NCBI GenBank assembly: GCA_965219455.1
Contig: OZ244744.1
Coordinates: 1,536,001 to 1,600,000, forward strand
Direction: 5' to 3'
Source of the DNA: Candidatus Latescibacterota bacterium
GTDB taxonomy: Bacteria > Latescibacterota > UBA2968 > GCA-2709665
DNA length: 64,000 bases
The position numbers and the translations under genes were made by a program. Of the stretch, positions 60,048 to 64,000 are shown in pieces. The notes under the pieces were generated by a model. The model was not told the DNA's origin and did not search any database. It saw only the letters and a program-made list of their open reading frames with translations. Numbering within the stretch: the first letter of the stretch is position 1; each line of letters starts with the position of its first letter.

Positions 60048-61049
60048 ATGGAGCCAGTCAAAATTGTGGTGACGGATTATATCGAACCCGACCTGAAATG
60101 GGAAGAGGAGGCGCTCGAAAAATACGGGAATGTCACATTTGAATATCATCAGCTCAAGTTCACGTCGGACGACGAACTGGTCGCAAAGATCGGTGGCGCG
60201 GATATGATTCTGGTGAATATGGTGAAGATGACCGCCGGCGTTATCGATCAACTGGACAGGTGCAGGCTGATCCTGAGGCACGGCGTCGGATACGATAACG
60301 TGGACGTGGCGGCGGCGACGGCAAAGGGTATCCGGGTCGCCTACGAGCCGGACTATTGTTCGGATGAGGTGGCGGAACACGCCATTACGTTGATGCTGTC
60401 CGGCTGGCGCAAGCTGAATGTGGGCCGGAAGATTCTTGAGGCGTCGAGTCGAAACGGGATCTGGGATTTCACTGAGGTATACCCGGTCTATTCCGTCAAG
60501 GGCAAGACCGTGGGCATTATCGGATGTGGCCGCATCGGGAGCCTGACGCTGCAGAAACTGGCCGGTTTTGAAGTAAATATCCTGGTCTGCGATCCGTATC
60601 TTTCCGAAGAGCGCCAGAATGAACTGGGTGTGCGGGTGGTGGACCTGGACACGGTTCTGAAAGAAGCGGATATGATTACGATTCACGCATCGCTCGACGA
60701 GGAATCGTATCATCTCATCGGCGAAGGGGAACTCCGGGCGATGAAATCCCACGCCTATCTGGTGAATACGGCCAGAGGCGGTCTGGTTGACGCGGATGCG
60801 CTTGCCATGGCGCTGCGGGAGGGGTGGATCGCGGGCGCCGCCATCGACGTGTACGAGCAGGAACCGCCCGATCCGGACATGGATTTGTTCAATCTGGAGA
60901 ATGCCCTCCTCGCGCCGCATCTGGCGTGGTATTCCGAAGAGGCGAACTGGAGCATGCGAGAGAAGGTAATGGAGGACTTCGTGCGATTTATAGAGGGGCG
61001 GCCACCGCGGTTCCTGATCAACAAGGAACTGGCACGGGAGGGTGCGTGA
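60048..61049 (+). CDS. D-2-hydroxyacid dehydrogenase (CtBP/SerA-like)
   Basis: GVGYDNVD, GCGRIG, NTARG, DVYEQEP, PHLAWYS. Confidence 0.92.
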   Translation: MEPVKIVVTDYIEPDLKWEEEALEKYGNVTFEYHQLKFTSDDELVAKIGGADMILVNMVKMTAGVIDQLDRCRLILRHGVGYDNVDVAAATAKGIRVAYEPDYCSDEVAEHAITLMLSGWRKLNVGRKILEASSRNGIWDFTEVYPVYSVKGKTVGIIGCGRIGSLTLQKLAGFEVNILVCDPYLSEERQNELGVRVVDLDTVLKEADMITIHASLDEESYHLIGEGELRAMKSHAYLVNTARGGLVDADALAMALREGWIAGAAIDVYEQEPPDPDMDLFNLENALLAPHLAWYSEEANWSMREKVMEDFVRFIEGRPPRFLINKELAREGA

Positions 61050-61072
61050 ATCAACCTGTCGGGAGATCTGAT

Positions 61073-62410
61073 ATGGCGCAGGTCGCAGACGCAATCACGT
61101 TGGAACGGCGGAAGATCCCGGGACCCAGGTCCATTGCGTTGCTGGACGTTTCCAGCCAATACGAACCGCCGTGCATGGCCGATCAGGTGCCGGTGGTGTG
61201 GGACCACGGCGAGGGTGTCTGGGTGTGGGACGTGGACGGCAACCGGTTTCTGGACTTCACCTCCGGAGTGCTGGTGACCAATCTGGGACATTCCCACCCC
61301 CGCCACGTCGAGAGTATCCGGAAACAGGCCGGACGCCTCATGAACTGTTATTCGTTCCCGACGCCGGAGCGGGTGACGCTGTCAAAGCGCCTGACCGATC
61401 TGCTGCCTGAAAATATCGATCAGACATTCCTGCTCACGACGGGGGCCGAGGCGACGGAGGCGGCGATCCGCATTGCGAAACGGTTCACGGGCAAGCACGA
61501 GGTACTGTCATTCTACGGTGGATTTCACGGTCGAACTTACGGCCCTATGAGCGTAGCCGGGAATATGAAGACAAAACGTGCGTTCGGCCCACAGTTGCCA
61601 GGCGGAATTCTGGCGCCGTTTCCCTATTTTTACCGGGATTTCTACAATAGCGAGACGGAAGAGGAATGTGCACAGCGATGCCTCGAAAACCTGGACCGGA
61701 TTATCGACTCGACGTCCACCGGCGACGTGGGCGCCGTGATCACCGAACCCTACCAGGGAGGGGCGGGTTTCATTTTCCCTCCTGCCGGCTGGTTGAAGGG
61801 GCTTGAAAGGTGGGCGCGGGACCGGGGGTTGGTCTTCATTCTGGACGAAGTTCAATCCTCGTTCGGACGTACTGGAAAGTTTTTCGCGCTGGAGTGGGAG
61901 AACCTGCGTCCGAATATGGTCTGCCTTGGCAAGGGCATAGGCAGCGGGATGCCCGCTTCCGCGCTCGCCGGCGAGAGCCGGATATTCGAGTGCATGGGGG
62001 TCGGTGAGATGTCCAGCACCTGCGGGGGCAACCCGCTGGCCAGCGCCGCGTCGCACGCTGTACTGGACGTAATGGAAGACGAGAGACTGCCGGAAAACGC
62101 CCAAAGCGTAGGCGATTATATGATGGCACGGTTTCAGGCGCTCCGGGCGAAATACGAAGTCCTGGGCGACGTGCGAGGGCAAGGGCTGGTGATCGGCCTC
62201 GAGTTCGTAATGGACCCTGACGACAAGACACCCGCGCCGGAACTGACCTCCGATCTCCTGCTGAGGGCGGGGGAGTACGGTCTTCTGCTCGGCAAGGTCG
62301 GATTGTACGGAAATGTCGTACGGATCGCGCCTCCGCTGGTAATTACGGAAGAGGAAGCGGGGATGGGCATAGACATCCTCGACCGTGCGCTGGAAGAACT
62401 CGTCGGGTGA
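61073..62410 (+). CDS. Class III PLP aminotransferase
   Basis: LDFTSGVLVTNLGH, TTGAEATE, FHGRT, DEVQSSFGRTG, LGKG, STCGGNP; in-frame GTG at 61046 is an alternative start. Confidence 0.92.
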   Translation: MAQVADAITLERRKIPGPRSIALLDVSSQYEPPCMADQVPVVWDHGEGVWVWDVDGNRFLDFTSGVLVTNLGHSHPRHVESIRKQAGRLMNCYSFPTPERVTLSKRLTDLLPENIDQTFLLTTGAEATEAAIRIAKRFTGKHEVLSFYGGFHGRTYGPMSVAGNMKTKRAFGPQLPGGILAPFPYFYRDFYNSETEEECAQRCLENLDRIIDSTSTGDVGAVITEPYQGGAGFIFPPAGWLKGLERWARDRGLVFILDEVQSSFGRTGKFFALEWENLRPNMVCLGKGIGSGMPASALAGESRIFECMGVGEMSSTCGGNPLASAASHAVLDVMEDERLPENAQSVGDYMMARFQALRAKYEVLGDVRGQGLVIGLEFVMDPDDKTPAPELTSDLLLRAGEYGLLLGKVGLYGNVVRIAPPLVITEEEAGMGIDILDRALEELVG

Positions 62411-62513
62411 CCCGGCAGGTATCCATCCGGAACCGGGGCGCCGTCGGACCGCCCCGGCAACAGCGGATCCAGCGAAACGCAAACTCACGCGCCGGATCCG
62501 GGGGAGTGCACAC

Positions 62514-63749
62514 TTGAATAATGATTTATTGAAGGCGGCAATCGAGACTCACAAGGAAAATGCGGTCAGGCTGCTCTGCGACCTGATCCGTATCCCGTCC
62601 GTGCGCGGGGACGAAGGAGACGCGATGCGCATGTTGCACGCGCGAATGAAAGACGTGGTGGACGAGCGGGAACTGCTGCCGGTTGCGGACACGATTCAGG
62701 AGGATCCCGACTATTCGTTCAAGCTGCCGGATCTCAGCTACGCTGATCGGCCGAATCTGAGGGTCGTCAGAAAGGGAATTGGCGGCGGACGGTCGTTGAT
62801 TGTGAATACCCACCTGGACGTCGTGCCGGCCTCGTCGGACCAGGATCGGCCGTTCGATGGGCGGGTGGAAGACGGGGTCGTTTTCGGCCGCGGTGCGTGT
62901 GATTGCAAGGGACAGGCGGCCATGTTTTACCTGGCGCTTGCCGCCCTCAGGGAGATGGGGATTGCGCTTAAAGGGGATCTGATCGGGCACCTGGTGATTG
63001 AGGAGGAGTGCGGCGGCAACGGAACGCTGGCCTTTGTCCGTGGAAACGACCGGGCGGATGCGGCCCTGGTGCTGGAGCCCTCCGAAATGAAGATCCTGCC
63101 GTCGATACGCGGCGCGGTATGGTTCACGGTGAACGTATACGGACGGGCAGGCCACAGCGGCCAGGCGGGGCGCACGGTAAGCGCGCTGAAGGAGGCCATG
63201 CGGGCAATTGAGATTCTGGAGGGATATCACGGGAGGTTGTTGACGGAATCCAGGGGACACCCGCTCTACGATGCGTATGACAACCCGATGCCCATCACGT
63301 TCGGAACACTGGAGGCCGGGGACTGGCCGGCAATGGCGCCGAGAAAGGCGACGTTCAAGGGGGTTCTCGGATTTCTGCCGACCCGGACCAAGGAAGAGGT
63401 GATGCGCGAGATGGAGGAGGCGTTGAAAACCGAGGGTGGAGACTGGCTTCCGGACCATTTCGATATGGAGTTCATCTACCGGCACGACTGCAACGAAGTG
63501 CCCCCCGATCATCCCATCGTGAAGACGCTGGAACGGGCCTGCAGTGCAAGCGGACAGGCCACTGAGGTCGCGGCGATGCCGGCGTCGTGCGACGCGTGGT
63601 TTTACTCGAATCTGATCGGCGTTCCCGCCGTAGTGATCGGCGCGGGAACGCTGGGCGTGGCCCACTCCAGCCAGGAGCAGATCCCCGTGCAGGGCCTGGC
63701 TGACGGGGCCGAGGTACTCGCGCGCGCCATCATGGATTGGTGTGGGTAA
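62514..63749 (+). CDS. M20 family (ArgE/DapE-like) deacylase
   Basis: NTHLDVVP, GRGACDCKG, EEE, EP, GRAGHS, AHS; TTG after GGGGAG. Confidence 0.9.
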   Translation: MNNDLLKAAIETHKENAVRLLCDLIRIPSVRGDEGDAMRMLHARMKDVVDERELLPVADTIQEDPDYSFKLPDLSYADRPNLRVVRKGIGGGRSLIVNTHLDVVPASSDQDRPFDGRVEDGVVFGRGACDCKGQAAMFYLALAALREMGIALKGDLIGHLVIEEECGGNGTLAFVRGNDRADAALVLEPSEMKILPSIRGAVWFTVNVYGRAGHSGQAGRTVSALKEAMRAIEILEGYHGRLLTESRGHPLYDAYDNPMPITFGTLEAGDWPAMAPRKATFKGVLGFLPTRTKEEVMREMEEALKTEGGDWLPDHFDMEFIYRHDCNEVPPDHPIVKTLERACSASGQATEVAAMPASCDAWFYSNLIGVPAVVIGAGTLGVAHSSQEQIPVQGLADGAEVLARAIMDWCG

Positions 63750-63813
63750 ACGCACATCGCCGGAAAGCGCGGACAGGAAGGCGCGCCCGGCCGACAGCGG
63801 AGAATACGATTCG

Positions 63814-64000
63814 ATGAAGATGCTTGGGGTTGGGATCATCGGATTCCACCACCTTCATTCCCTGGATTATCTTCCACATTTCGAAGCCATCGTCCAGACG
63901 GAGGTGCGGGCTGTCGCCGAGGCGGATCCGGTGTATCTCAAGCAGGTGTGCGGGCGGACCGGGATTGATGGATACGTGGATTACAACGCGCTTCTGGCGC
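63814..64000 (+). CDS. Gfo/Idh/MocA family oxidoreductase, 3'-truncated by window
   Basis: MKMLGVGIIGFHHLH...AVAE...YVDYNALL. Confidence 0.7.
   Translation, partial: MKMLGVGIIGFHHLHSLDYLPHFEAIVQTEVRAVAEADPVYLKQVCGRTGIDGYVDYNALLA

Noticed and set aside
1-64000. CRISPR array or cas genes
   Set aside because: No regularly spaced short repeats; the only tandem repeats are coding WD40 units.

Overview
GC-rich bacterial window. Phylum is inference only: PQQ-propeller proteins, a WD40+EF-hand protein and many sugar/amine catabolic enzymes recall Latescibacterota/Poribacteria-like sponge-associated lineages. Layout: catabolic clusters (1-16.6 kb, 57.8-64 kb), a TonB receptor, two PQQ-like propellers, hemL, uvrA, a type III restriction-modification island, rfbBC, a cation antiporter, bioF, a trmJ-like gene, and a minus-strand run of small accessory genes and relics (44.8-52.9 kb). 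Four observations stand out. (1) The type III Mod methyltransferase carries a fused C-terminal antitoxin-like peptide and is translationally coupled to a PIN/VapC toxin placed between mod and res, a candidate toxin-guarded R-M system. (2) A 1.7-kb element without terminal inverted repeats, bounded by CTA and subterminal hairpins, encodes a protein with Rep_trans-like motifs, a candidate rolling-circle-type transposon. (3) A tRNA-Arg(UCG) gene is split in its D-arm by a 163-bp hairpin MITE with a TCA duplication. (4) lnt and tatC are fused in one ORF. No CRISPR array or rRNA was seen. All family calls come from motif reading, not database searches.
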